A program made the position numbers and the translations under genes. Below are positions 20,442 through 30,291 of a stretch of 64,000 bases of DNA, one piece after another. The stretch's first letter is position 1. Every line of letters begins with the position of its first letter. The stretch comes from Anaerolineales bacterium. GTDB taxonomy: Bacteria; Chloroflexota; Anaerolineae; Anaerolineales; Villigracilaceae. The notes beneath the pieces are model-generated. The model did not search any database, was not told where the DNA came from, and saw only the letters and a program-made list of their open reading frames with translations. The DNA lies in NCBI GenBank assembly GCA_048499755.1, contig JASNZH010000015.1:6128-70127 (forward strand), in the 5' to 3' direction.

Positions 20442-21620
20442 GTGAGCGAAACAGCCACTCCCTCCAAAACACAAACCAGCAAACGCAGCTCGCTGGGACA
20501 GGAACTTCTTGTCCCGGCGCTGGCGGTGGTGACCGGGTTGATCATCGGCGCCATCGTGATCGTCGCCAGCGGTGCCAACGTCTTCGATGCGTATGGAGCC
20601 TTATTTACCGGCTCATTCGGCAGCCCAGTGCGACTGATCGAAGGGTTGCAGGTATTCTTCAGTACAGGCGAAACCTCGGAATTGCTGCGCGCCATCTATC
20701 CTTTCACTGAAAGTTTGGTGACCGCCACCCCGTATATCTTTGCGGGACTTTCCGTAGCACTCGGTTTTCGTGCGGGTCTCTTCAACATCGGCGCAGAAGG
20801 ACAGTTCTTCATCGGTGCGCTATGCTCGGCCTTTGTCGGTTACAGCGTCAAAGGTCTGCCGATGATCATCCACCTGCCGCTGGCAATTTTGGCAGGCGCA
20901 TTAGGCGGCGCAATCTGGGGCATGATCCCCGGTTACCTCAAGGCGAAATTCGGCGCGCATGAAGTGGTCAACACCATCATGATGAACTGGATCGCCTTCC
21001 GTTTGAGCGACTGGCTGTTGAATGGCCCGATGAAAGCCTCTGGCTTCCGCCCGGTGACGCCAAATGTGCTCCCCACAGCTGAATTGCCGCGCTTCTTCGA
21101 TGACCCGCTGCGCTTCAACCTCGGATTTTTCCTCGCGCTGGCGGTGGCGTATCTCGTCTACTGGTTCCTGTTCAAGACCACTACAGGCTTTGAAGTCCGC
21201 TCGGTGGGTGCCAACCCCGATGCCGCCAAATATGCAGGCATGAGTATCGTCAAGAACCTGGTGCTGGTGATGGCGCTGGCGGGTGGTCTCGCTGGTATGG
21301 CTGGCTCTGCTCAAGTTCTCGGCGTGGACCATTGGGTGGGTCAGGGTTTCTCTGCCGGGTACGGGTTTGATGCGATTGCGTTGGCATTGCTCGGCAAGAG
21401 CCACCCATTCGGCGTTGTCCTCTCGGCGCTTTTGTTTGGCTTCCTCCGCAGTGGCGCGACCAATATGCAGTCACGCGCGGGCATCCCCATCGACATTATC
21501 TCGATCATTCAAGGTTTGGTGATCGTGTTCATCGCTGCGCCTGCCATTATCCGTTGGATCTATCGCATCCGCTCGATCAAAACTGAAGAGACAGTCCTCA
21601 CGCGCGGCTGGGGCAAATAG
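20442..21620 (+). CDS. ABC permease (NupB-like)
   Basis: GLFNIGAEGQ, HEVVNTIMMN, GANPDAAKYAGM, GYGFDAIALALLG. Confidence 0.92.
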   Translation: MSETATPSKTQTSKRSSLGQELLVPALAVVTGLIIGAIVIVASGANVFDAYGALFTGSFGSPVRLIEGLQVFFSTGETSELLRAIYPFTESLVTATPYIFAGLSVALGFRAGLFNIGAEGQFFIGALCSAFVGYSVKGLPMIIHLPLAILAGALGGAIWGMIPGYLKAKFGAHEVVNTIMMNWIAFRLSDWLLNGPMKASGFRPVTPNVLPTAELPRFFDDPLRFNLGFFLALAVAYLVYWFLFKTTTGFEVRSVGANPDAAKYAGMSIVKNLVLVMALAGGLAGMAGSAQVLGVDHWVGQGFSAGYGFDAIALALLGKSHPFGVVLSALLFGFLRSGATNMQSRAGIPIDIISIIQGLVIVFIAAPAIIRWIYRIRSIKTEETVLTRGWGK

Positions 21621-21631
21621 GTGAGGCGAAC

Positions 21632-22894
21632 ATGACAACTACTACCATGGAACTTAGCGCAACCGCTGAAAAACGTCAGCGGATTTCCTACGGCATGACC
21701 CTGCTGGTGGCAGGCTTGCTGATCTTTCTTTTGTTCGGGCTTAACACCCAGGCAGGTGTAAACACCACCTTCGGTTTGAACGTCGCCGGGTCGCAAGCCG
21801 TTGAAGTCGCAGACTTTGTCGTCCCGGCGCAACTGACCGTCAATTTGATGGCAGCTATCGCCGTCTTTGCCGGCGCGTACCAACTCGCTCGCGGAGTCCG
21901 CTCTACGGGCTGGCTGTTGGGTATTCTGGCATTTACATTCGTCGCAGCCTTCCTCACTTGGGCGGCCCAGGATAAATCCTTCAACCTGACCGGTATGTTG
22001 GGCAGTTCACTCGTGCGTGCCACTCCCATCGCTTTGGCTGCGTTGTGCGGCGTGATCAGCGAACGCTCGGCGGTTATCAACATCGGTATCGAAGGCATCA
22101 TGTTGATGGCAGCGCAGACGGCGGTTGTCACAGCCACAGTGAGCGGAAGTTTATATGTTGGACTGCTCGGTGCGATTTTGGTGGGCGCGTTGGTGGCAGG
22201 CTTCCACGCTTTCCTTGTCATCCGCTTCAAAGTAGACCAGACCGTGAGCAGTGTCGCCATCAATATCTTCGGGACGGGTTTCACCTCCTTCATCAGTTCG
22301 CGCTTCCTGCAAAAAGCGACCGACACGCTCAACAACTCCGGCACCTTCCCCATCATCTCCGTTCCAGGTCTTTCAAAGATTCCCGTGCTCGGACCTGTGC
22401 TGTTCGAAAACAACATCATCATCTACCTGATGGTTCTGCTGGTCGTCGTCATGCACATCATGCTCTTCTACACCCCCTGGGGTTTGCGCACTCGTGCCGT
22501 AGGCGAACATCCCAAAGCAGCCGATACCCTGGGCGTCAATGTATATCTCGTGCGATACGTCAACGTCATCATCGGCGGCATGATCGCCGGTTTAGGCGGC
22601 GCCTACTTCACCCTCGGCTCGGTGGGGCGCTTCGACGAGATCATGACAGCCGGCAAAGGTTTCATCGGTCTCGCCGCAATGATCTTCGGCAAGTGGAATC
22701 CCATTGGCGCGTTCACATCATCGCTCATCTTCGGTTTCGCAGACTCATTGCAAGTCAAATTACAAATCCTACGAGTTCCCATCCCGTCGGAATTCCTGCT
22801 CATGGCACCTTATATCGTGACCATGATCATCCTGACCGGCGTGGTAGGACGCGCCATCCCACCCGCTGCAGATGGTCAGCCGTACGAAAAGTAG
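21632..22894 (+). CDS. ABC permease (NupC-like)
   Basis: ERSAVINIGIEG, GLRTRAVGEHPKAADTLG, AGKGFIGLAAMIFGKWNP, P.ADGQPY. Confidence 0.92.
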   Translation: MTTTTMELSATAEKRQRISYGMTLLVAGLLIFLLFGLNTQAGVNTTFGLNVAGSQAVEVADFVVPAQLTVNLMAAIAVFAGAYQLARGVRSTGWLLGILAFTFVAAFLTWAAQDKSFNLTGMLGSSLVRATPIALAALCGVISERSAVINIGIEGIMLMAAQTAVVTATVSGSLYVGLLGAILVGALVAGFHAFLVIRFKVDQTVSSVAINIFGTGFTSFISSRFLQKATDTLNNSGTFPIISVPGLSKIPVLGPVLFENNIIIYLMVLLVVVMHIMLFYTPWGLRTRAVGEHPKAADTLGVNVYLVRYVNVIIGGMIAGLGGAYFTLGSVGRFDEIMTAGKGFIGLAAMIFGKWNPIGAFTSSLIFGFADSLQVKLQILRVPIPSEFLLMAPYIVTMIILTGVVGRAIPPAADGQPYEK

Positions 22895-22924
22895 TCGCCT
22901 CTTTCCACCCGCAAGTGGATTCTC

Positions 22925-22957
22925 AAAAACAGGAGTTTTTACAACTCCTGTTTTTTT
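22925..22957 (+). terminator. intrinsic terminator
   Basis: aaaaacaggagtt-N5-aactcctgttttttt. Confidence 0.8.
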
Positions 22958-23029
22958 ATCCGCCAAGACCAGCGGGGGATAAACCCAAAATCATCTTGCG
23001 GTAAAATATTTTTAGAAGAAGGAGAAAAG

Positions 23030-23944
23030 ATGAATAAAAAGATCCGTCTGTTTAACTTATTGCTCATTTTCACTCTGCTTTTGAGTGCATGCAATCTTCC
23101 CACCAATAACCCTGAAGATGCCCGCGCCACTGCCGCCGCCCAGACCATCGAAGCTGTGATGAGCTTCACACCGGCATCGCCATCACCGACCACCCCGACT
23201 CCTCAGGCAACCATTACCCCCATCCCCTCACCAGCATCGACCAATACCCCTGCCGCCTCCGCCACACCAAACTGTCCGCTGGCACAATTCATTACAGACG
23301 TCACCATCCCCGATGGGACAATCATGACGCCCGGTCAGACCTTCACCAAAAAGTGGCGGCTACGCAACACCAGCGCCTGCATCTGGAATGGCTACACCCT
23401 CGTCTTCGACAGCGGCGATTCCATGGGCGGACCAGCCTCCAAGCCCATCGGTACGGTCAACCCTGGGCAGGAAGTAGACCTTGAGGTCAACCTGACTGCG
23501 CCCAACACCGCCGGGAACTATCGCGGATATTGGCGTATCATCACCAACGGGAATGTCCTTGTCCCCATCGTCAATGGGCACCAGGGACGTTCGTTCTACG
23601 TGGACATTAAAGTACAGTCTCCCGCCACTGCTACCCCGACCAACACAGTCACCCCCTTTGCCGTGACCAGTGTCTCGTTCACGAATCTGGGTGGATGCGG
23701 AGGATTCACCGCCACCGCTAACATCACCACCAATGGCGCCGGAACCGTGACCTATCGCTTCGTCCGCAGCGACGGCGCGACTGACACCAACACCTACCCG
23801 TCGCTGGTATTTAGCTCCGCAGGAACGCAATCGGCAGTTCCATTCAGTTGGACGACCACCGCCTCAGGCACACACTGGATAGACATTTACATCATCACAC
23901 CGAATAATCAGCAATTTGGGCGTGCTTCATTCACCTGCCCATAA
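23030..23944 (+). CDS. NBR1-Ig-like (FW) domain lipoprotein 1
   Basis: LLSAC, Thr/Pro stalk, FITDVTIPDGT..PGQTFTKKWRLRN..C.W...PGQEV...APxxAGNYRGYW, plus a C-terminal beta domain ending FTCP. Confidence 0.85.
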   Translation: MNKKIRLFNLLLIFTLLLSACNLPTNNPEDARATAAAQTIEAVMSFTPASPSPTTPTPQATITPIPSPASTNTPAASATPNCPLAQFITDVTIPDGTIMTPGQTFTKKWRLRNTSACIWNGYTLVFDSGDSMGGPASKPIGTVNPGQEVDLEVNLTAPNTAGNYRGYWRIITNGNVLVPIVNGHQGRSFYVDIKVQSPATATPTNTVTPFAVTSVSFTNLGGCGGFTATANITTNGAGTVTYRFVRSDGATDTNTYPSLVFSSAGTQSAVPFSWTTTASGTHWIDIYIITPNNQQFGRASFTCP

Positions 23945-23966
23945 AATAATAATCCTTTAATCTGAC

Positions 23967-23988
23967 AACGCCCGTGCAAACGGGCGTT
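23967..23988 (+). terminator. hairpin, probable terminator
   Basis: aacgcccgt-gcaa-acgggcgtt. Confidence 0.6.
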
Positions 23989-24032
23989 ATGATTTAACAG
24001 TATAATCTTTTGCTGTATGTGAAAGGAAAAAA

Positions 24033-24986
24033 ATGACCAAATCGAAAATTTATTTGCTGTTTGCCACAACCATGATTGCAACCCTTCTCGTTTCGTCGTG
24101 TGGAACGGGCGCGGATACGGAGGCTGCCGTGCAGACCTCCGTCGCAGAGACGGTTGCCGCGCAGACCCCTGTGGTCATCTCAGTTACAAACACGCCAGAC
24201 CCTTCCCTGCTTCCCACCAAGACCCCCTTTGCAGCACCCACCCTGAACACCCCAGCGATCTCTCCCACAGCGCCGGCTGCACCCAATTCCTCTAAGGCAG
24301 AGTGTGCCAAAGCCAGCCTGCAAGATGAATCCGTAGTAGATGGCAAGCTCTTCAAACCCGGCGAACAATTCACCAAGACCTGGTACATCACCAACACCAG
24401 CACCTGCGTCTGGGATACCACCTACAAGATCGTCTTCTGGGATGGTGACATCCTCGGCGGCGGATATGTCTATCAACTGCCGCAGGTGACCGGACCCGGA
24501 CAAACTGTCCCCATCGCACTCGTCCTGACCGCCCCCACCGCTGATGGAACCTATCGCTCCGAGTGGAAATTACAAACCCCCGATAATATCAACTTCGGCG
24601 TGGGTACGTATCAATCGGCTTTTTACACAGAGATCGAAGTCTCATCCGCGGCCACCCCTAACTACACAGTCACATCGGTAAACATGGTTATCGACCGTGA
24701 ACCTGATTATGGCTGCCAGCCTGCCAATATCGACTATTGGGCCATCGTCACCATCACCACCAATGGACCAATAGACATCAAATACCGCATCCTACACTCC
24801 GACGGCGGACATGGAACTGCACAAACCTTGAGTTTCACCGAAGCCGGCAAGAAAGTCCTCAACGACCACCGCTGGCGAGTGGGGCGCGCCAACTCCCAGA
24901 ACGATAACCGCTGGATGCAGTTTGTCATCCTCGAACCGTTCTACAAAGAATACGCGCAAGTGGGGTTTGAATTCTTCTGTCCATAG
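24033..24986 (+). CDS. NBR1-Ig-like domain lipoprotein 2
   Basis: VSSC, Thr/Pro stalk, PGEQFTKTWYITNTSTCVW...PGQTV...APTADGTYRSEW, plus a C-terminal domain ending FFCP. Confidence 0.85.
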   Translation: MTKSKIYLLFATTMIATLLVSSCGTGADTEAAVQTSVAETVAAQTPVVISVTNTPDPSLLPTKTPFAAPTLNTPAISPTAPAAPNSSKAECAKASLQDESVVDGKLFKPGEQFTKTWYITNTSTCVWDTTYKIVFWDGDILGGGYVYQLPQVTGPGQTVPIALVLTAPTADGTYRSEWKLQTPDNINFGVGTYQSAFYTEIEVSSAATPNYTVTSVNMVIDREPDYGCQPANIDYWAIVTITTNGPIDIKYRILHSDGGHGTAQTLSFTEAGKKVLNDHRWRVGRANSQNDNRWMQFVILEPFYKEYAQVGFEFFCP

Positions 24987-24994
24987 CCTGAAAC

Positions 24995-25026
24995 AAAAGA
25001 AGCCGGGAGCGTCCCGGCTTCTTTTT
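24995..25026 (+). terminator. intrinsic terminator
   Basis: aaaagaagccggga-gcg-tcccggcttctttt. Confidence 0.8.
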
Positions 25027-25084
25027 ATCGGGAACCACTTGCCCCTGCCCTTCGTCTTTAAGACTTGAACGAAACGGAGGAAGC

Positions 25085-26374
25085 ATGAACAAAAAATATT
25101 CGTCTTTTCTTGTCGCAGTCATCGTATTATGGATTGCTCAACTCGCCTGTAACCTGCCATCCGGCGCGGAGACTCCCGACACCTTTGCCACCCTCAATGG
25201 ACTCTACACCACCTCAGCCCAGACGCTCGAAGCGGCGGGAACCCAGTCGGGTTTGACCGCCACTCCGGGCTTGCCACTGCCCACTGTGACGGTGGCAGGT
25301 TCGCCGTCAGCGACGAACGCCCCTTCGACGCAGTTACCCGCTCCACAGTCCAAGTGTGATGCGGCACAATTCCTCGCCGATGTCACCTACCCAGATGGGA
25401 GTCTGCTGCCGCGTAGTACCACTTTTGTCAAAATCTGGCGCATCAAAAATATTGGCACCTGCACCTGGACGACATCGTATGCGCTGGTCTTTTCGGGCGG
25501 CGATTCGCTGGGCAGTTCGTCTGTAATCGGTATGCCCGGAACGGTACTGCCGGGGCAGTATATTGAGCTGCCAGTGACGTTGACCTCCCCCAATAAGGAT
25601 GGCAACTTTACAGGCTATTGGAAGTTGCGCAATGCATCTGGCGTCCCCTTTGGAATCGGCGCACAGGCAGATACTGCCTTTTGGGTGAAAATCCGCGTCA
25701 CTGGACCCTCGTTTGTTGCCTATAACTTTGCGGATAATTACTGCAAAGCGGATTGGTCGAACGGAAATTCTGGGTTGCCCTGCCCGGGAAATGACGGCAA
25801 CTCCAGCGGATATGCCATTCGGTTGAACAGCCCCAAGATGGAAAACGGTGTGACAGAGGACGAGCCTGGGCTGTTGACCGTCCCGCAGGATAAAAATAAC
25901 GGATTCATCAGCGGCGAGTTCCCAGCTTTTACAGTGCAGGCTGGTGACCGCTTCCGGACGATTGTCAACTGTCAGCATAATGCGACAAAATGTAACGTGG
26001 TCTTCAAACTGGATTACCGAAATAACGGTCAGGTGCGGACGTTCGCCAGTTGGGCAGAGGCATACGAGGGCAAATACTATCCGGTTGACCTTGACCTGAG
26101 CAGCCTTGCCGGGCAGACCTTGAAATTCATCCTCGTGGTCAGTGCCAATGGCGGCAATAACCAAGATTACGCCATCTGGCTCAATCCGCATATTGTGCGT
26201 CAGGGAAATGCGCCCACGGCAACGTTCACGCAGACGCCGACTCATACCTTCACTCCCACGGTCACATTTACGCCAACATTCACGTTAACACCGACAACAA
26301 CCTTTACGCCGACCGAAACACCCACACCAACCGCGACGTTTACCGAAACGCCCACCAGCACAGCGACCCCTTAG
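25085..26374 (+). CDS. NBR1-Ig-like domain lipoprotein 3 with an extra beta-sandwich domain and a TPTxTF repeat tail
   Basis: QLAC, FLADVTYPDG..FVKIWRIKNIGTCTW..GNFTGYWKLRN..FWVKI; second Cys-containing domain; Thr-alternating tail. Confidence 0.85.
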   Translation: MNKKYSSFLVAVIVLWIAQLACNLPSGAETPDTFATLNGLYTTSAQTLEAAGTQSGLTATPGLPLPTVTVAGSPSATNAPSTQLPAPQSKCDAAQFLADVTYPDGSLLPRSTTFVKIWRIKNIGTCTWTTSYALVFSGGDSLGSSSVIGMPGTVLPGQYIELPVTLTSPNKDGNFTGYWKLRNASGVPFGIGAQADTAFWVKIRVTGPSFVAYNFADNYCKADWSNGNSGLPCPGNDGNSSGYAIRLNSPKMENGVTEDEPGLLTVPQDKNNGFISGEFPAFTVQAGDRFRTIVNCQHNATKCNVVFKLDYRNNGQVRTFASWAEAYEGKYYPVDLDLSSLAGQTLKFILVVSANGGNNQDYAIWLNPHIVRQGNAPTATFTQTPTHTFTPTVTFTPTFTLTPTTTFTPTETPTPTATFTETPTSTATP

Positions 26375-26413
26375 GTGCGTTATAATAAGTTAACCACTTT
26401 TGGAGGTTCAATC

Positions 26414-27157
26414 ATGAAATTTCGCAAGTCAATCTGGCTGGTAGTGGTGGTCCTCGCTGCCATGCTTCTGAGTTCCTGTAATATCGGAGCTACTCCCGCC
26501 CCCACCCAGGACCCGGGAGCTGTCCAAACGCAGGCGTTTGGGATCGTGCTCACAGAAGCTGCCAATCAACAAACACAGACTGCGGCGGCTATTCCGCCTA
26601 CGCCGTTTCCAACCAACACTCTTGCTCCGACCGTTACACTGGCGATTGCCACTTCGGGAACCATCCCGACCTCTGCGCTTGGAGTCACCAATACTCCCTT
26701 TGGTTTCAACACACAACAACCGGGGCTGACCCCGCAATTGCTGGTCACACCAACGGTAGGCACCATCAATACAGTCACCACCTTGAACGGCTGCAATGAT
26801 GGCCGGTACGAAGGCGAGACCGGTCCGGCGGATAAGAGTTCCATTGAACGTGGCAAGGAATTTTCCAAGGGCTGGTCGATTTTCAATACTGGCGATTGCA
26901 CTTGGGATGAGGGCTACGTTTTCGACTATCTTCAGGATTACTTTCCTGATGTTGGTATTAATCAACTTCAAGGATATGACATCCCCTTGAAAAAGAATAC
27001 CCCCGAGGAATACACAAAATCTGGGTACGGACAGACCTTCATTGTAAAGCTCAAAGCGCCCACCACCCCCGGCGAGTATAAGGCGTACTGGAAACTTAAG
27101 GACGACGCTGGAAATTACTTCGGACCGCTCGTCTATGTATGGATTGTTGTCCCCTAG
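26414..27157 (+). CDS. NBR1-Ig-like domain lipoprotein 4
   Basis: LSSC, GKEFSKGWSIFNTGDCTW..APTTPGEYKAYWKL; GGAGG SD before ATG 26414. Confidence 0.82.
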   Translation: MKFRKSIWLVVVVLAAMLLSSCNIGATPAPTQDPGAVQTQAFGIVLTEAANQQTQTAAAIPPTPFPTNTLAPTVTLAIATSGTIPTSALGVTNTPFGFNTQQPGLTPQLLVTPTVGTINTVTTLNGCNDGRYEGETGPADKSSIERGKEFSKGWSIFNTGDCTWDEGYVFDYLQDYFPDVGINQLQGYDIPLKKNTPEEYTKSGYGQTFIVKLKAPTTPGEYKAYWKLKDDAGNYFGPLVYVWIVVP

Positions 27158-27190
27158 CGCTGGAACAAGACTGCACACTGGAGGAATATC

Positions 27191-27829
27191 ATGAAACCCA
27201 AATCGTTCTTCAGCCTTCTGGCAGCCGTTTTGATCCTTGCCGCCTGCGCCCCTGCCACGCCGGTTGAACCCACACCAGACGTGAGCGCAGTCCGCACTTC
27301 GGCAGCGAACACGGTAGTGGCAGAATTCACTCTCACGGCGGCAGTCTTCACACCGACCACCCAGCCGCCTACAGAGACGCCTACAGTCGCTGCCTCACCG
27401 ACAGCAACCTCTACCGCCGTGCTGGCACTTGACCCGACGCAAGTGGCGCTTGGTACACCAGCTGCCCTATGTGACGACTACGACTTCGATCTCACCACGC
27501 TGGATGTCACCATCCCCGATGGCACGCCCATGACCCCGGGACAGGAATTCACAAAGACCTGGAAGATCAAGAATACTGGCATCTGTACATGGGACACGGA
27601 GTACCAGGCCATTTTCTCCTACAGTTCCCCGCCCAACCAGCGGATGAACGGACAGCCCGTCCCGCTCACAGCGTTGGTCGCCCCCGGACAGGAAGTGGAA
27701 GTCTCCGTGCAATTCACGGCTCCCACCATACCCGGTGAATACACTGGCTTCTGGCAAATGGTCAACTCGGCTGGTATCCCCTTCGGCAGAGCTGGCAAAC
27801 AACTTATCGTAAAGATCGTTGTCCAATAA
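27191..27829 (+). CDS. NBR1-Ig-like domain lipoprotein 5
   Basis: LAAC, DVTIPDGTPMTPGQEFTKTWKIKNTGICTW..PGQEVEV..PGEYTGFWQM. Confidence 0.85.
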   Translation: MKPKSFFSLLAAVLILAACAPATPVEPTPDVSAVRTSAANTVVAEFTLTAAVFTPTTQPPTETPTVAASPTATSTAVLALDPTQVALGTPAALCDDYDFDLTTLDVTIPDGTPMTPGQEFTKTWKIKNTGICTWDTEYQAIFSYSSPPNQRMNGQPVPLTALVAPGQEVEVSVQFTAPTIPGEYTGFWQMVNSAGIPFGRAGKQLIVKIVVQ

Positions 27830-28883
27830 TCCGAATCAACTAAAGCAAGCCATAAAAGACAAAGCGCGCCAGCTGGGATTCATCCTGGCTGGCGTTACTT
27901 CTTGTGACTCACCGACGCATTTCAACATCTTCGAAGACTGGCTGGACAAAAACCATCACGGCACAATGGACTATCTCGCCTCAGAACGCAGCCGTCAGCG
28001 CCGCGCCGACCCGCAGCAGATTCTCCCCGAATGTAAATCCATCCTTGTTCTAGCCTTGCCCTATACCCCAGTCGCCCAAAATACGCAACCATCGACGGTC
28101 AATATCGCCGCCTACGCCCTCGGTGCAGACTATCACGACGTCATCCCACCGCGTCTGCAAGAAATCGTCGAATTCATCGAGGCACAAATCGGTCATCCCA
28201 TTCCCAACCGTTATTACACCGACACAGGTCCCATCCTCGAGCGTGAATTGGCTCAACGTGCCGGGCTTGGTTGGGTCGGCAAAAACTCCATGCTCATCAA
28301 CCCGCAAGCCGGCTCCACCTTTCTACTTGCGGAGATTCTGCTCGGCATCGAACTCGAACCCGATGACCCCTTTCCCACCGATCATTGCGGCACCTGCACA
28401 CGCTGTCTCAACGCCTGCCCCACGCAATGCATCCTCCCCAATCGCACGCTCGACGCCCGCCGCTGCATCTCTTTCCTCACCATCGAAAACAAAGGGGAAA
28501 TCCCTGAAGACCTGCGCGAACTGATGGGACGATGGGCTTTTGGATGCGACATCTGCCAGCAAGTCTGCCCGTGGAATCGTTTCGCGCCGCCAGCCGACCC
28601 ATCCCTCCAGCCCGCCATCCCGCTTCCCATCCTGACCGAAGACCTGTTACTGTCATCCTCCGAGTTTAACCAACGCTTCAAGCGCTCGCCCATCCAGCGC
28701 GCCAGACGACGCGGCTATTTGCGAAACCTCGCCGTCACCATAGGAAATACTGGCACAGAAACTGATCTGCTTGTTTTGCAAAAAGCTGCCCAAGACGAAG
28801 AATTCCTGATTAAAAATCATGTAGAATGGGCAATCCAAAAAATCAAAAAGGAATCTGCTACGGGAAACCCTCCCCCGCAGTGA
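27819..28883 (+). CDS. queG: tRNA epoxyqueuosine(34) reductase
   Basis: DTGPILERELAQRAGLGWVGKN, CGTCTRCLNACPT, RCISFLTIE, FGCDICQQVCPWN. Confidence 0.95.
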   Translation: MSNNPNQLKQAIKDKARQLGFILAGVTSCDSPTHFNIFEDWLDKNHHGTMDYLASERSRQRRADPQQILPECKSILVLALPYTPVAQNTQPSTVNIAAYALGADYHDVIPPRLQEIVEFIEAQIGHPIPNRYYTDTGPILERELAQRAGLGWVGKNSMLINPQAGSTFLLAEILLGIELEPDDPFPTDHCGTCTRCLNACPTQCILPNRTLDARRCISFLTIENKGEIPEDLRELMGRWAFGCDICQQVCPWNRFAPPADPSLQPAIPLPILTEDLLLSSSEFNQRFKRSPIQRARRRGYLRNLAVTIGNTGTETDLLVLQKAAQDEEFLIKNHVEWAIQKIKKESATGNPPPQ

Positions 28884-28891
28884 CATAGATT

Positions 28892-29491
28892 ATGAACAAA
28901 CTTCTCATCGCCACCAACAACAACGGCAAAGTGCTCGAATTACAGGATCTGCTCAAAGGCAGTGGCATTGAATTCATCACCCCAGCACAGTTCAACCTCG
29001 AGATGGACGTAGAAGAAGATGGCACGACCTACGCCGAAAATGCCAGCAAGAAAGCCATTGCCTTTGCCAAAGCCAGCGGGTTGATCTCCCTTGCCGATGA
29101 TTCCGGGCTGGAAGTGGAGGCACTCGACGGCGCACCCGGACTCTATTCCGCGCGGTATTCTCCCAAGCCCGGCGCTAAAGACGCTGACCGACGCGCTTTC
29201 CTTTTGGAAAATCTCAAAGACAAGCCGCGTCCGTGGAAGGCGCACTTCCATGCAACCATCGCGATTGCCACACCTGAAGGCCAAGTTCAATTGGCAGAAG
29301 GAAATTGCTACGGCGAGATCATCCCAGAGGAACGCGGCACAGGCGGCTTTGGTTATGACCCTATTTTCTTTATGCCAGAGTTGGGCAAGACCATGGCCGA
29401 GTTGGACATGGATGAGAAGAATCGTCTCAGCCACCGCGCGCGCGGCGTGACGAATGCCATGCCTATCTTGAAAACGCTTTTTGGGAAGTAA
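28892..29491 (+). CDS. rdgB: non-canonical purine NTP pyrophosphatase (HAM1)
   Basis: IATNNNGK, ADDSGLEV.ALDGAPGLYSAR, GFGYDPIF, KNRLSHR. Confidence 0.96.
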   Translation: MNKLLIATNNNGKVLELQDLLKGSGIEFITPAQFNLEMDVEEDGTTYAENASKKAIAFAKASGLISLADDSGLEVEALDGAPGLYSARYSPKPGAKDADRRAFLLENLKDKPRPWKAHFHATIAIATPEGQVQLAEGNCYGEIIPEERGTGGFGYDPIFFMPELGKTMAELDMDEKNRLSHRARGVTNAMPILKTLFGK

Positions 29492-29519
29492 AAACTAAAT
29501 GGGTTGACTCAGCTAACGG

Positions 29520-30290
29520 TCAGGGAAGCGGCGCGACCTTCTCGATGAAACGAGTCAACAGGTTGGCGACCCTTTCCGGTTGTTCAAGCGTGACCATGTG
29601 CCCGGTCTTTTCCAAAATGTGCAATTCTGAATTGGGGATCTGCTGGTTGAGGAATTGTGAAAGTTTTGGGGGTGTCATCTTGTCGTCCGCGCCGCAGATG
29701 ATGAGGGTGGGGATTTGGATGCGCCTCAATTCGTCGCTGACATCAAATTGATCGCAGGCGCGGAAATCTGCTGCAAGATTCGCCGGACTCATGTTGAGCA
29801 TGTTCTGCCTGGAAAGTTGAACCAGCTCTTGTGGGGCGTAGTCGCTGAAGCAATTGGTATTGATCGTTTCCACGGCGGAGGGGAAGGTTGCCGGGTTTTC
29901 TGTCATCTCAAGGGTGGCTTTTGCTACACGAAGCTTGGCACCGCCTCCCAACACAGACAAGCCTTTGAACATATGGGGGTATTTGAGCACCAGCGTGAGT
30001 GCAATGCCGCTTCCCATCGAAAGCCCGGTGAGGATGCCTGTTTTAAGCCCCAAAGCCTGCATGAAGGCAAAAATGTCATCGGCATAGGTTTCAATAGATG
30101 CCCGGCTTTCCCCTTGCGATTTACCGTGACCGGGCAGGTCCAGAGCATAGACGTTTACATCGGCAAGCCGCCGAAGATATGGATGCCAGGATAAAAGACT
30201 ACCGCCCGCTCCATGAATAAGAATGAGAGGCGGACGGCTGTTGTCAACTGGACGATGGGTTGTGTAATGGATGCCTGATGCAAATGGCAT
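29520..30290 (-). CDS. alpha/beta hydrolase
   Basis: LIHGAGG, DLPGHG, GLSMG nucleophile, DDKMTP, GHMV. Confidence 0.9.
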   Translation of the reverse strand: MPFASGIHYTTHRPVDNSRPPLILIHGAGGSLLSWHPYLRRLADVNVYALDLPGHGKSQGESRASIETYADDIFAFMQALGLKTGILTGLSMGSGIALTLVLKYPHMFKGLSVLGGGAKLRVAKATLEMTENPATFPSAVETINTNCFSDYAPQELVQLSRQNMLNMSPANLAADFRACDQFDVSDELRRIQIPTLIICGADDKMTPPKLSQFLNQQIPNSELHILEKTGHMVTLEQPERVANLLTRFIEKVAPLP

Positions 30291-30291
30291 G

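Noticed and set aside
22045-23004. 319-aa alternative-frame ORF over the permease
   Set aside because: Arg/His-rich out-of-frame translation of a GC-biased gene, with no frameshift signal seen.
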